64,000 bases of DNA from Patescibacteria group bacterium (GTDB taxonomy: Bacteria; Patescibacteriota; Doudnabacteria; UBA920), in contig DAIMCS010000001.1 in NCBI GenBank assembly GCA_036726225.1, forward strand, positions 188,885 through 252,884. The letters are read 5' to 3'. Below the pieces are notes generated by a model. That model was not told where the DNA came from and did no database searches. It saw only the letters and a list, made by a program, of their open reading frames with translations. The position numbers and the translations under genes were made by a program. Of this stretch, positions 18,735 through 28,711 are shown piece by piece (position 1 is the stretch's first letter; each line of letters starts with the position of its first letter).

Positions 18735-18938
18735 GTGAAAAAACAACCACACCTGCTAAAGGCACTAATGTCCGACGGCGACTTAAAACGTCTACAAACC
18801 TTACTCGCCAATCCCAAAACAAAAGGCTCAATAAGAAAAACTCTCATAAGCAAGCTCGGGCAATTGGGGTTGAAAGCAAAAAAAGCGGACGAGATTGTGG
18901 AAATTGCAATTAAAGAAATAATGCGGTCCAAAACCTAA
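18735..18938 (+). CDS. Hypothetical small basic protein
   Basis: 67 aa, followed by intrinsic terminator 18941-18973. Confidence 0.4.
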   Translation: MKKQPHLLKALMSDGDLKRLQTLLANPKTKGSIRKTLISKLGQLGLKAKKADEIVEIAIKEIMRSKT

Positions 18939-19166
18939 AAAGGCGTACCGATGTCATCGGTACGCCTTTTTTCTTTATCGTGGTGGATAAACAATTTGAC
19001 TCAAAATTTTGAGCGGGTCTACAATTAAAATAGCCGTAATTCTCCGCAGGAGAATGTTGTTCGCGGCCGTGGCCCGCTTGTGTGCCGGTTCCCATTAGCT
19101 GAAAATGCCTTAGGGGATACGTGCTATGCAAGTAGCGATGCCGCCATCAAAAAACTAGGAGGATCC

Positions 19167-19922
19167 ATGTTCCAATTAGTGAACGATGGCGGAAATTCAA
19201 GGCGCGTTACTGTGTTGTTGCTGAGAGGGTTAGCAATTCTTCTCTGCACTACGGTATCGCTAACTGTTTACCAAACGTGGCACATTCAAACTCTGTCGGC
19301 AGACCAATTGGCCGGACGTTTGTACCCGTCACCGCCTGTCGGAATACCACATATCACTGTGCTGTTCCCAGCAGGCAAGGAAAGGAGAACCCAGCCTAAC
19401 AGAAGAACCACCAACATTCCTGAACTCCAATTCACTTCACCCCGGGAAATTCCAAAGGGCATTCCGAACATCCCGTTTACAGAAATACCAAACACGTTTG
19501 GTGTCCCTAACGGAGTTCCGGGCGGTGAAATTTCCAAGATTCCGAATTTTGAGTTTTTCTCGAGAGAACCGGAAGCCTTGCCTGTTCCGCCTCCTCCGCC
19601 CCCGCCTCCACCGGTTGTTCCAGCGCCGGCTCCGCGAGCCCGTGTGGGCGGTAATGTAATTGCGGCAAACCTAATCTCTCAGGTTAAGCCGGCATATCCG
19701 CAACTGGCCAGACAGGCCCGCATTTCGGGCGTGGTTGTGCTTGAGGCGGAAATAAACAAGGAGGGGAGCATTGAAAACCTCAAGGTCATCACGGGCCATC
19801 CGCTGCTTATCCAAGCGGCCATTGACGCCGTCAAGCAATGGCGTTACAAACCAACTTTGCTTAACAGCGAACCGGTTGCCGTGGTAACCACAATTACTGT
19901 AAATTTTGCGTTCGCCCAATAA
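19167..19922 (+). CDS. TonB C-terminal domain protein (N-terminal TM anchor, Pro-rich linker, TonB_C domain)
   Basis: Strong RBS AGGAGGA before ATG at 19167; PPPPPPPPPVVPAPAP linker; C-terminal NVIAANLISQVKPAYP...GVVVLEAEINKEG...PVAVVTTITVNF; GC-rich; terminators on both sides. Confidence 0.65.
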   Translation: MFQLVNDGGNSRRVTVLLLRGLAILLCTTVSLTVYQTWHIQTLSADQLAGRLYPSPPVGIPHITVLFPAGKERRTQPNRRTTNIPELQFTSPREIPKGIPNIPFTEIPNTFGVPNGVPGGEISKIPNFEFFSREPEALPVPPPPPPPPPVVPAPAPRARVGGNVIAANLISQVKPAYPQLARQARISGVVVLEAEINKEGSIENLKVITGHPLLIQAAIDAVKQWRYKPTLLNSEPVAVVTTITVNFAFAQ

Positions 19923-20008
19923 CTTGAGCTGATGCAAAAAACGCCCCGGTGACCATCGGGGCGTTTTTATTTAATTACAAAAAATTATTCAAAATGCAAT
20001 AACTTCAC

Positions 20009-21058
20009 CTACCATTTTAATGCGCGCACAACTTCCCAGGCTTTTTTTTGAGTCCCGTCGGCTTTAAGCAGGCCAAAAGTTTGAAATCTTTCGTCAACGC
20101 CGGTATTTGAAGGAATGTCGTACAAGCCGAATTGAGTAACGTATTCAGGCTTAACCTCTTTTAAAAGTTCAGGCAATGCGGCATAAAATTGTGACTGAAT
20201 TTCTTCAGAACCGCCTGCGCCGGAATAAAAAGCAATTTCCGAAATAGCAATTCGTTGGGTGGGCAAGTATTTGCGAATCTCCCCAAAAAAATTCTTCGGT
20301 AATTTAGAAGGCGTGGGAGCGCTTAAAATATTTGGGTAGGTGGTAAAGGAAAAAATATCCGAGCTGTCTTTGAATTGGGACAAAATTTCATACTGTTTAT
20401 CCATACGCATTACATCCCAGGCAAAACTTAAAGTTACCGTTTGGTTTGGGTACTTCTTTTTTACTGCAGCATAAGTTTCTTTACTAAGTGAGACGTAGTC
20501 CGAAAATTCCTGTTCATTTTTCTCATGCAACATTAAGTTCACTTCTGTGCCAATGCCCAGCACGTCAGGTTTCCACGCTGCAATTTTTAAAGTTTCATTA
20601 ATAAAAGCCTGTCTAACCTCGGCGTCAGAAAAATGCCTGCCTTTTAAAGGATCTGGCGGCGCAGCTTCCGCGTGGGACCAACCGGTAAGCGGATCTAAAT
20701 GGATATGGACTTTAAGTCCTTTCTTTTTCGCCTGGTCTAGCACCTGTTTGGTCAACCCTTGGAGTTCTTGTTCATCCCAGCGCATAAGAACACTGGTATG
20801 GTCGCCAATTTCCAAAGCACGCGCAAAATACTCATCAATTTCCTGTTGCTGCATATTTAAAAATGAAGCGGGAAAATTACGCGGCGCAAAATAACTGCCA
20901 AATTCCGTGGTGCCGCCTAAGACAGGCGAGGGGCTCACAGGTTCGGGCGAAGGATCTTTTTCTTTGTTGCCACCCAAAACATTAATAATTAATGCCAGCA
21001 CAAAAAGCCCGGCGAAAAAAATAACAAACCACTTTAAAACTTTTTTTATAAAACCCAT
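20009..21058 (-). CDS. Membrane-anchored hypothetical protein, possible TIM-barrel glycoside hydrolase
   Basis: 349 aa; N-terminal TM, Pro/Ser linker, weak GH5/GH26-like resemblance. Confidence 0.35.
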   Translation of the reverse strand: MGFIKKVLKWFVIFFAGLFVLALIINVLGGNKEKDPSPEPVSPSPVLGGTTEFGSYFAPRNFPASFLNMQQQEIDEYFARALEIGDHTSVLMRWDEQELQGLTKQVLDQAKKKGLKVHIHLDPLTGWSHAEAAPPDPLKGRHFSDAEVRQAFINETLKIAAWKPDVLGIGTEVNLMLHEKNEQEFSDYVSLSKETYAAVKKKYPNQTVTLSFAWDVMRMDKQYEILSQFKDSSDIFSFTTYPNILSAPTPSKLPKNFFGEIRKYLPTQRIAISEIAFYSGAGGSEEIQSQFYAALPELLKEVKPEYVTQFGLYDIPSNTGVDERFQTFGLLKADGTQKKAWEVVRALKW

Positions 21059-21077
21059 ACTTTTTATGTTAATTCTC

Positions 21078-21151
21078 TGGTGGACCTAGGGAGAATCGAA
21101 CTCCCGCCTCAGCAATGCGAATGCCGCGTCATACCACTTGACTATAGGCCC
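21078..21151 (-). tRNA. tRNA-Ala(CGC)
   Basis: rc GGGCCTATAGTCAAGTGG...TTCGCAT loop...GAGTTCGATTCTCCCTAGGTCCACCA; G3:U70. Confidence 0.8.
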
Positions 21152-21206
21152 GTTTAAATCCTAAACATTTTAGCTTATAATGAAGTTAAGGTAAAGACGC
21201 TAACAA

Positions 21207-21458
21207 ATGTTTTATTTCTACATTTTAAAATGCAAAGACGGCACACTGTACTGCGGCAGCGCAAAGGATCTTAACGAAAGATTAAAAAAGCACAATGACG
21301 GGATTGGTTCTAAATATGTCAGAAGCCGCGGGGGCGGGAGGATTGTTTACAGCGAGAGATTCAAATCTTGGGGCAAAACTTTAAGCCGTGAAGCGAAAGT
21401 AAAAAAATTATCTAGATTACAAAAAATTGCTTTAATAAAAACAAAACCCTCCGTTTAG
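21207..21458 (+). CDS. GIY-YIG nuclease family protein
   Basis: 83 aa; YFYILKCKDGTLYCGSAKDLNERLKKHN motif. Confidence 0.75.
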   Translation: MFYFYILKCKDGTLYCGSAKDLNERLKKHNDGIGSKYVRSRGGGRIVYSERFKSWGKTLSREAKVKKLSRLQKIALIKTKPSV

Positions 21459-21471
21459 GAGGGTTTTGTTT

Positions 21472-22983
21472 TTATATACTATGTATCATTTCTATTTTTG
21501 CGCCCAAAGATTTTAACCTGGCGACTAAATTTTCATAGCCGCGGTTTATAGAATAAACATTGCGGAGCACAGATGTGCCGCGGGCGGCGAGCATGGCAAT
21601 TAAAATAATCGCAGCCGGACGCAAAGCCGGCGGACAAATAACTTCCGCGCCCCTAAGTTCTGTTGGCCCTTCCACATACACGCGGTGCGCATCTGCCAAA
21701 ATAATGTTAGCGCGAAGTTTATTTAATTCCATATAGTAAATTGCGCGGTTTTCGTAAACCCAATCGTGAATAAGTGTGGTGCCTTTGGCCTGCGTGGCCA
21801 CGGGCACAAAGAAGGGGAGATTGTCTATATTTATTCCGGCGGCAGAAGTAAGCGGGTGAATTTTTTCTTCCAAAGCAGAAAGTTTGGAAGAATAGGTTTT
21901 AATATCCACCAAATTAGTTACGCCGTTGTGACTTTTGTATTTTTTTATAATTGAATATTTAAAACCCATCTTTTCTAATTTTAAAAGTTCCAATTCAAGA
22001 AAATCTATTGGGCAGCGCTCAATAATAATGGAAGAATTGGTAGTTGCGGCCAAAGACAAAAACAACATAGCCTCAATTGGATCTTCACTCAAATAAAAAA
22101 CCGCGCGTTTATTAATTTGGGGTTTGCCGTAAATTTTTAAGGTGGATGTGCCAATACCTTCAATTTTCACGCCTAAAACCTGCAGAAAATGGCACAAATC
22201 TTGCACCATATAATTTGCGGATGCCAATTTTATTGTAGTGGCGCCGGAAGTTTTGGCTGCTGCCATAAGCGTATTTTCCGTTACTGTGTCACCCATTTCA
22301 TACAAAACAATTTCTGCCGGTTTCAATTTGGGGGAGCTTACTTGGTAATGGTCGTGGAAAGTTTTAATTTTTACGCCCAATTTTTCTAAAGCAAATAAAT
22401 GAGGCCTGACAGTTCGCTCGCCCAACTTGCAGCCGCCGGCCAAAGGTAAGCGAAAATTGCTCAAAATATGAGCAAGCGGCCCTAAGAGCATAAGCACGCT
22501 TCGGGTTTTAACCGCAGCTTCTTTATCTATATTGTTTAAATTAATTTTCCTACCCGGCACTACCTCCACGTCGCTGCCTTGCCACTTTACGTTTACGCCA
22601 ATGCTGCTTAAAACCTCAATGACTCTATGAACTTCCTCTATTTTAGGCACATTTTTTAAAACCGTTTTACCTTCATTTAGCAAAGTGGCGCAGAGTAAGG
22701 CCACAGCCGCATTCTTTGAGGTGTTTATTGAAACTTTACCGGAAAGTTTATGCCCGCCCTCAATTTTAAAGTTAACCGACTTGTCGGCCAGAGTAATAAT
22801 TTCCTGGTTTAACACCGAACTTATTTTAGCCAGCATTTCCGTGGTTAAGTTCTGCTGGCCTTTTTCCATTCTGGCTACGGCCGACTGGCTGGTCTTTAAG
22901 GCTTTGGCAAAACCGCTTTGGGTAAAACCCTTTTGTTCCCTGACTTCTGCAATAAACTGTCCGATTTTTTGCTGGTCTTTCAT
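21472..22983 (-). CDS. murA: HTH(XRE)-fused UDP-N-acetylglucosamine 1-carboxyvinyltransferase MurA
   Basis: 503 aa; N-terminal approx. 60-aa XRE HTH then full MurA (KLSGKVSINTSKNAAVALLCATLL...). Confidence 0.85.
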   Translation of the reverse strand: MKDQQKIGQFIAEVREQKGFTQSGFAKALKTSQSAVARMEKGQQNLTTEMLAKISSVLNQEIITLADKSVNFKIEGGHKLSGKVSINTSKNAAVALLCATLLNEGKTVLKNVPKIEEVHRVIEVLSSIGVNVKWQGSDVEVVPGRKINLNNIDKEAAVKTRSVLMLLGPLAHILSNFRLPLAGGCKLGERTVRPHLFALEKLGVKIKTFHDHYQVSSPKLKPAEIVLYEMGDTVTENTLMAAAKTSGATTIKLASANYMVQDLCHFLQVLGVKIEGIGTSTLKIYGKPQINKRAVFYLSEDPIEAMLFLSLAATTNSSIIIERCPIDFLELELLKLEKMGFKYSIIKKYKSHNGVTNLVDIKTYSSKLSALEEKIHPLTSAAGINIDNLPFFVPVATQAKGTTLIHDWVYENRAIYYMELNKLRANIILADAHRVYVEGPTELRGAEVICPPALRPAAIILIAMLAARGTSVLRNVYSINRGYENLVARLKSLGAKIEMIHSI

Positions 22984-23094
22984 AACATGATATATAGTGA
23001 TTGTATTTTAACAGATAATTGGCAGTTTTGCAACTATTTATATCACATATGACAAAACCGCCCTTGGGGCGGCTCGTTTTCCCCATTAATATTT

Positions 23095-23883
23095 CTACTT
23101 AGATAAACTCGAAGCCATGCTATAAATTTTCTCAAATGCTGACTCTAACAGTTCATCTGGAGTTATATCGGGATTGGCTTGAATTTGGGCCACAATATGC
23201 TCAGTAATTCCGCCCTTAGTCTGCATCAATTTTAGCATCTCCTCAGGATTTCCAGGCGGGCAAAGATCTTCAGCTTCTTCGGGCTTTATTCCTAAAAGAG
23301 GACTTATTGCTTCCAAATGCCGGTCCGGTTCTTTAATAGTTTTGAGCTTCTTCATCAATAGAGTGACAAACATATAGCTCATAGTAGCAGTAAACTCGTC
23401 TACCTGCTTATCAGTTTCGACCGACAAAGTCGGATGAACCGTTAGACCCCCAAAAAATCTTTCGAAATTTTCTTTCGAAAAATCGGGAGTAGCAACTGCT
23501 GCTGAAATTTTCCACCACGGGTCCGCCATGCCTCTTGCTGCGGGACGCCCGGTAATTTCATGGATGGAACTTAAAGGATAGAACCCCGCAAAAGAAACAA
23601 TTTGAGCATCTTTTTTTAAAACAGGGGTAATTTCTCTCAATAACTGCTCAGTGTTATTTGGTTGTACTGATACTACAATCAAATCAGAATTTTCAACGAC
23701 CTCTCGATTATGTAGTTTATCTACGGTGGCCAGCGTATTAAACTTTTTTTCACTGCCTGCAAGCAAACGGTCTTTTAACGCGCCCCCAAACTTTCCTTGC
23801 GCTCCAAGAATCGCGAGTATAGGAAGCTGTGGTTCAAACTCTTTACTAAAATGCAAACCGGATTTTTCCATACTATCTGACAT
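23095..23883 (-). CDS. Pyrroline-5-carboxylate reductase-like NAD(P) oxidoreductase
   Basis: 262 aa; Rossmann N-terminus, C-terminal dimerisation-like region with KGGITEHIV. Confidence 0.45.
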   Translation of the reverse strand: MSDSMEKSGLHFSKEFEPQLPILAILGAQGKFGGALKDRLLAGSEKKFNTLATVDKLHNREVVENSDLIVVSVQPNNTEQLLREITPVLKKDAQIVSFAGFYPLSSIHEITGRPAARGMADPWWKISAAVATPDFSKENFERFFGGLTVHPTLSVETDKQVDEFTATMSYMFVTLLMKKLKTIKEPDRHLEAISPLLGIKPEEAEDLCPPGNPEEMLKLMQTKGGITEHIVAQIQANPDITPDELLESAFEKIYSMASSLSK

Positions 23884-23888
23884 CGCAG

Positions 23889-24110
23889 CTAGAAATGAAA
23901 TATTTTTGCAAAAAAATTATCTACCACGTGCGAACTCTTGTTTGCATAATACAGCCCTAAAAGAGCGACTAAGTATACAACATTTAAAATTACCACCTTA
24001 ATTAAATCCACTTTAATTATGTTGTATTCAGCTTGGTGTTGGGAAGCTGCAGGCTGGCCGGCCGATGTTTGGAACATTTGGCCAAAGTGTTTTTTGTGCT
24101 TTTTCGACAT
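23889..24110 (-). CDS. Small membrane protein, hypothetical
   Basis: 73 aa, one TM helix. Confidence 0.4.
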   Translation of the reverse strand: MSKKHKKHFGQMFQTSAGQPAASQHQAEYNIIKVDLIKVVILNVVYLVALLGLYYANKSSHVVDNFFAKIFHF

Positions 24111-24119
24111 AAATAAATA

Positions 24120-24200
24120 TACAAATTAACAAATGTACAAATGAAACCAATAACAACAAATTGGTGACTATCAGTTTCATTTGTACATCAGTATATTTGT
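24120..24200. repeat. Inverted-repeat element ACAAATGTACAAATGAAAC...GTTTCATTTGTACAT (copy 1 of 2)
   Basis: Second copy at 48590-48690 with same arms and ATAACAACAAAT core. Confidence 0.6.
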
Positions 24201-24351
24201 ATCATAATTACCATTTGAAAGCAACTGCCTTCGGGTGCTACAATGGTTTAGCTACACGCCGCCGTTAAATTATTTTTTCATCCAAAAAGATGCATAATTT
24301 TGGGGCAATTATACTTTTTATAGTAAAATTAAGACCAATTAATTTAATAAG

Positions 24352-24846
24352 ATGCAGGGTAATATTCAAAATTTAAGCCTAATTTTAAGTATTTTGGCGG
24401 TTTTGTTAGGCGCTTACTGTTTCTGGCAAATCCGCTCGCTTTCCAAGCTGCGCTCCATTTTTTTTGGGGGGAGCAAGGGCATAGATTTAGAAGAAGTAAT
24501 TTATTCCCTGGGCAGTGAAATAAAAGACAGCCGTCAGCATTTGGATTTGTTGCAAACCACGCTTAGCCAGTTAAAGTCGGACTTCGGGTTTGCTGTCCAA
24601 AAGGTTGGCCTAATCCGGTTTAATCCTTTTAATGACGGCGGCGGCAATTTTAGTTTCGCGCTAGCCCTGCTCGACGCGCACAACACCGGGGTTATAATTA
24701 CTTCTATGTACGGACGGGAGCAAAACCGCGTATATACCAAAAAAATTGTGGAGGGCGAATGTGAAAACCAGCTCACGGACGAAGAGATACAGGCCATAGA
24801 ACTGGCAAATTCCAAATTTCAAGAACCAAAACTCAAACAAAAATAA
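24352..24846 (+). CDS. DUF4446-like protein
   Basis: 164 aa; N-terminal TM; LIRFNPFNDGGGNFSFALALLD...ITSMYGRE motif. Confidence 0.5.
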   Translation: MQGNIQNLSLILSILAVLLGAYCFWQIRSLSKLRSIFFGGSKGIDLEEVIYSLGSEIKDSRQHLDLLQTTLSQLKSDFGFAVQKVGLIRFNPFNDGGGNFSFALALLDAHNTGVIITSMYGREQNRVYTKKIVEGECENQLTDEEIQAIELANSKFQEPKLKQK

Positions 24847-24982
24847 AAATCCAAATTTTAAAACTTACATTTGTTTGGTACTTGTAATTTGGTCCTTGGT
24901 ACTTTTATAAACCCCTCGTGGGAAATTTTAAAAACAATTTACTATTATTTAGATAGTCTTAACTATCGGAAATACCCATCTT

Positions 24983-25393
24983 ATGGAAAAAATGTTAGAC
25001 AGTGACCTTAACGCCCCGGCCGAAACTGTAGTCGGCCCCAGTGTAAAAATCCAGGGCGATTTAAACAGCGAAGGCAACATAAAAATTGAAGGCATGGTAA
25101 ACGGCAAGGTTAAAACCAGCCAAAGCGTATTTATAGTTCCCGGCGCTAAAATTACGGCCGACGTTTTGGCAGGCAATGCGGTAATTGGCGGTGAAATACT
25201 GGGCAACATAAAAATTTCCGGCCATTTGGTGCTGCAGGGCACTGCAAAAATTTCCGGTGATATTACCTGCAGTGTGCTAAGGGTAGAGGACGGCGCGCAA
25301 TTTTCCGGCAAATGCACTATGGGTAACGGAGGCACTGCGCCGGTTAGCAACGGCACAGGCAAAAGAAAACCCGAGCTGGAACCGGAAGAATAA
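24983..25393 (+). CDS. Bactofilin family cytoskeletal protein
   Basis: 136 aa; beta-helical repeat pattern, DUF583. Confidence 0.8.
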   Translation: MEKMLDSDLNAPAETVVGPSVKIQGDLNSEGNIKIEGMVNGKVKTSQSVFIVPGAKITADVLAGNAVIGGEILGNIKISGHLVLQGTAKISGDITCSVLRVEDGAQFSGKCTMGNGGTAPVSNGTGKRKPELEPEE

Positions 25394-25394
25394 A

Positions 25395-25475
25395 TTCTTT
25401 ACGGAGTACGGATGAATACGGATTTACGGAATAAATCGTATCCGTATATCCGTAAATTTTCGTAATCCGTAAAGT
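25395..25475. repeat. TACGGA/TCCGTA direct and inverted repeat cluster (copy 1 of 2)
   Basis: acggatgaatacggatttacggaataaatcgtatccgtatatccgtaaattttcgtaatccgtaaag; related cluster at 36715-36805. Confidence 0.6.
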
Positions 25476-25476
25476 T

Positions 25477-26319
25477 ATGCATTACTACATAATTGACCAA
25501 GGCAATTTGCCTGTTGAAAAATTTGAAAAGCTACAGACCGAACTTTCAGGCCTGCTGGCTGAATTTAAAATTTCAGGCGAAATTGCGCGTGTCACTCCGC
25601 TGCGTACTGTTGCTGAACTCGTAGACACAGCCAGCCAAAGAGGCGCCAAAACTTTAATAGCCTGCGGCAGTGACGACACTTTTAATTTAATGCTAGCTGC
25701 GCTTAAAGGACGCGATTTCACTTTAGGTTTTATTCCCTTTGACGACAACTCCACTCTGGCAAAAATTTTAGGCATCAGTGATGTTTTTGTCGGCATTAAA
25801 ACCATTGCCGGAAGGCGCGTTGAAAAAATTGACCTGGCAAAAATTTCCGGCAACTATTTTATTAGCTTTTTAGAATTTGGCGTTATGTCGCAGCAGCTTA
25901 AAGACGCTTCCACCTGGCAAATTTTAAAGCTGCTCTCTACGGAAGCTAAGGCTTTCCAAATTCGCATAGACGATTCTTACAATGTGACCATTAGCGGACT
26001 TGGGGGGCTTGTTGCCAACATCCGTCTGACTTCCGACCGAAATGAAAAAATTGCCAACCCCACGGACGGCAACTTAGATTTAATAATTATTGAACGCTTG
26101 GGTAAAATGCAAATACTAACCCACAAACAGGATATTGCCGAAGGAAGCTTAGAAAAACTTCCTAAGACTACAATTATAAAATGCAAAAAAATTGAATTCC
26201 TTGAACCCCGTGGCCTGCCGTTAACCATGCTCGGCAGAGTTGTGGCAAAATTTCCGTCCGTAGTTGAAATTATCCCGCAAAGGCTTAGGCTGATAGTTGG
26301 AAAAAACCGAACATTTTAA
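25477..26319 (+). CDS. Diacylglycerol kinase catalytic domain (YegS/DAGK_cat) family lipid kinase
   Basis: 280 aa; GSDDTFN (GGDGT-like) motif. Confidence 0.6.
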   Translation: MHYYIIDQGNLPVEKFEKLQTELSGLLAEFKISGEIARVTPLRTVAELVDTASQRGAKTLIACGSDDTFNLMLAALKGRDFTLGFIPFDDNSTLAKILGISDVFVGIKTIAGRRVEKIDLAKISGNYFISFLEFGVMSQQLKDASTWQILKLLSTEAKAFQIRIDDSYNVTISGLGGLVANIRLTSDRNEKIANPTDGNLDLIIIERLGKMQILTHKQDIAEGSLEKLPKTTIIKCKKIEFLEPRGLPLTMLGRVVAKFPSVVEIIPQRLRLIVGKNRTF

Positions 26320-26551
26320 CTACTCAAAACAATTTTCAAGCAGGCTCACACGCCTGCTTTTTGCTTGATTTTATTAGGGTTTTCTGGTAAGGTAAATAAG
26401 TTAAATAGCTTTCAACCTAATTTATTCTCTCCAATGCCTGGAGAGATGTCTCAAACTTCAGTTTGAGACAGAGAGGTTAGTCCCAAGGTTAACCTCTCCC
26501 CCGACCCCTCTCCAGGAATTGGAGAGGGGAAATCAATAAGGAAAAACTAAC

Positions 26552-28483
26552 TTGAACCTATCTTCTCTATCTTCACAGCTAAATATGTCCATCCAGGACC
26601 TTCGCCAAAAAGCCAAGGAGAAGGGTTATTTTATTTCGCCCAAAGCCAACAAAGTAGACAACTATGTAGCCAGAAAACTTATGGAGGCATTTGGCCAGCC
26701 GGTTAAAACGGCTGACGCGGGTCCAAAAGAAATTAAAAAAATAAAATTACCGGCGTTTATTAAAGTCCGAGATTTTGCCGATGTTTTAAAATTGCCGGTG
26801 ACTAAAGTCATTACTGTTCTAATCCAAAACGGCGTTATGGCTACAATTAACGAAGAGGTGGATTTTGACACTGCCTCCATTGTCGCCAGCGATTTGGGCT
26901 TTGAAGTTTCCAGCGAAGTAGATACAGCCATAGCCGAGTTTGGCATTGGCTTTTTGCAGGAAGTTTTAAAAGCAGAAAAAGAAGAAAACCTTAAACTCCG
27001 CCCGCCCATTGTGGCAATTATGGGACACGTTGACCACGGAAAAACCACGCTGCTTGATACCATCCGCAAAGCCAAAGTTGCCGAAGGCGAGTCCGGCGGC
27101 ATTACCCAGCACATTGGCGCTTACACTGTTAAGAAAAACGGCAAAATGGTCACCTTTTTAGACACGCCCGGCCACGAAGCTTTTACTGAAATGCGCGCAC
27201 GCGGGGCTAATGTTACAGATATGATAGTGCTTGTAGTTGCAGCTGACGACGGCATACGCCCGCAAACCGTGGAAGTTATAAACCGCGCAAAGTTTACCAA
27301 CACGCCAATGATTGTGGCAATAAACAAGATTGATAAACCCGAGGCTAATGTAATGAAAGTTAAACAGGAATTAGCCGGTCAAGGCGTGCTTACCGAAGAG
27401 TGGGGCGGCAAAACTGTTGCAGTAGAAATTTCCGCCAAACAAAACATTGGCATAGACAATTTGCTAGAAATGATCCTTTTAACTGCGGAAGTGGAAAATT
27501 TCCGCGCCAATCCACATGGCAAAACCGTGGGTACTATTATTGAAAGCAAAGTCACCCAGGGAAAAGGTGCAACAGCCACAGTTATTGTCCAAAATGGCAG
27601 TCTTAAAGTCGGCGACATTATTGCGGCCGGGGCGGTTTTCGGGCGCATCCGAAGTCTGGAAGATGAAACCGGAAAAAAATTAAAAGAAGCCATGCCTTCC
27701 ACGCCGGCGCAAATTTCAGGACTTTCCGAAGTCCCGCAAGCCGGAGATATTTTGCAAACCACAGCAGATTTAGATACTGCCAAACAAATTGCTATGAGCG
27801 TGCAAAAGAAAAACCGCAGCCATAGTCTGTCCAGCAAGCAGGCAATTGTAGGCGACATTAAAAATAAGACTTTAAACTTAATTGTAAAAACAGATGTTGC
27901 GGGATCGCTAGAAGCCATTAAACAGTCTATTGGCAAACTCAAAAACGACGAAGTTAAAATTTCTATCTTGGCTGAAGGCGTGGGTGAAATAAACGAGAGC
28001 GATGTGTTGCTTGCTTCCAGCTCGAATGCAACCATAATTGGTTTCCACACCAAAGTTAACCCCAAAGCCATAAATTTAGCCAAGCAAAAAAAGGTTGTGG
28101 TGGACTCTTACGAAGTTATTTACGAACTGGTGGAAGACATAACCTCGGCGGTTATAAAAATGTTCACGCCGGAACTGGAAAAAGTTGCCTTTGGCACAGC
28201 AAAAGTCCTGGCAATTTTTAGAACAGAAAAAGGTTTAATGATTGTCGGCGGAAGAGTGGAACAAGGGGAGTTAAAAAAGAACAGCAAGATTATGGTTTTC
28301 CGTGAGGGAGCCGAACTCGGCCGCGCGGAAATAACCGAGCTGCAGCAAAGCAAAGTCGCCGCCCGCTCCATTGGCAAAGGTGAAGAATTTGGGATCAAAC
28401 TCAAAACCCCTGTCAAAATTTTGGAAGGGGATGTCCTGGAAAGTTTTGAGGAAAAAATCAAACAGAAAACGTTAAGCACCTAA
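26552..28483 (+). CDS. infB: Translation initiation factor IF-2
   Basis: 643 aa; G1 [24 protein letters not shown]; true start may be internal MSIQDLRQ (26585). Confidence 0.9.
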   Translation: MNLSSLSSQLNMSIQDLRQKAKEKGYFISPKANKVDNYVARKLMEAFGQPVKTADAGPKEIKKIKLPAFIKVRDFADVLKLPVTKVITVLIQNGVMATINEEVDFDTASIVASDLGFEVSSEVDTAIAEFGIGFLQEVLKAEKEENLKLRPPIVAIMGHVDHGKTTLLDTIRKAKVAEGESGGITQHIGAYTVKKNGKMVTFLDTPGHEAFTEMRARGANVTDMIVLVVAADDGIRPQTVEVINRAKFTNTPMIVAINKIDKPEANVMKVKQELAGQGVLTEEWGGKTVAVEISAKQNIGIDNLLEMILLTAEVENFRANPHGKTVGTIIESKVTQGKGATATVIVQNGSLKVGDIIAAGAVFGRIRSLEDETGKKLKEAMPSTPAQISGLSEVPQAGDILQTTADLDTAKQIAMSVQKKNRSHSLSSKQAIVGDIKNKTLNLIVKTDVAGSLEAIKQSIGKLKNDEVKISILAEGVGEINESDVLLASSSNATIIGFHTKVNPKAINLAKQKKVVVDSYEVIYELVEDITSAVIKMFTPELEKVAFGTAKVLAIFRTEKGLMIVGGRVEQGELKKNSKIMVFREGAELGRAEITELQQSKVAARSIGKGEEFGIKLKTPVKILEGDVLESFEEKIKQKTLST

Positions 28484-28484
28484 A

Positions 28485-28511
28485 AAACCTCTCCATCTGG
28501 AGAGGTTTTTT
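28485..28511 (+). terminator. Rho-independent terminator after infB
   Basis: aaaacctctccatctggagaggtttttt. Confidence 0.8.
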
Positions 28512-28711
28512 AATCACCCTTGATAAAAACTAAAAATTTGGCTATACTGGTTAGCTGTTATAATTAAAAAGTAATTCATTACTTTTTATCCCCGCGGAGG
28601 CGGGGATCCAAATAATAGATTCCGGATAAATTTTCTAACCTCATTTTTAACCTCTCTGTCCCTTCGGGACATCTCTCCATGAATTGGAGAGAATAATAAA
28701 GATTAAAATCT

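Noticed and set aside
24949-25362. 137-aa minus-strand ORF
   Set aside because: Antisense shadow of the bactofilin gene (periodic beta-helix repeats give open antisense frames).
26662-28479. Several minus-strand ORFs inside infB (26662-27114, 27379-28083, 28120-28479)
   Set aside because: Antisense to a highly conserved IF-2 reading frame.
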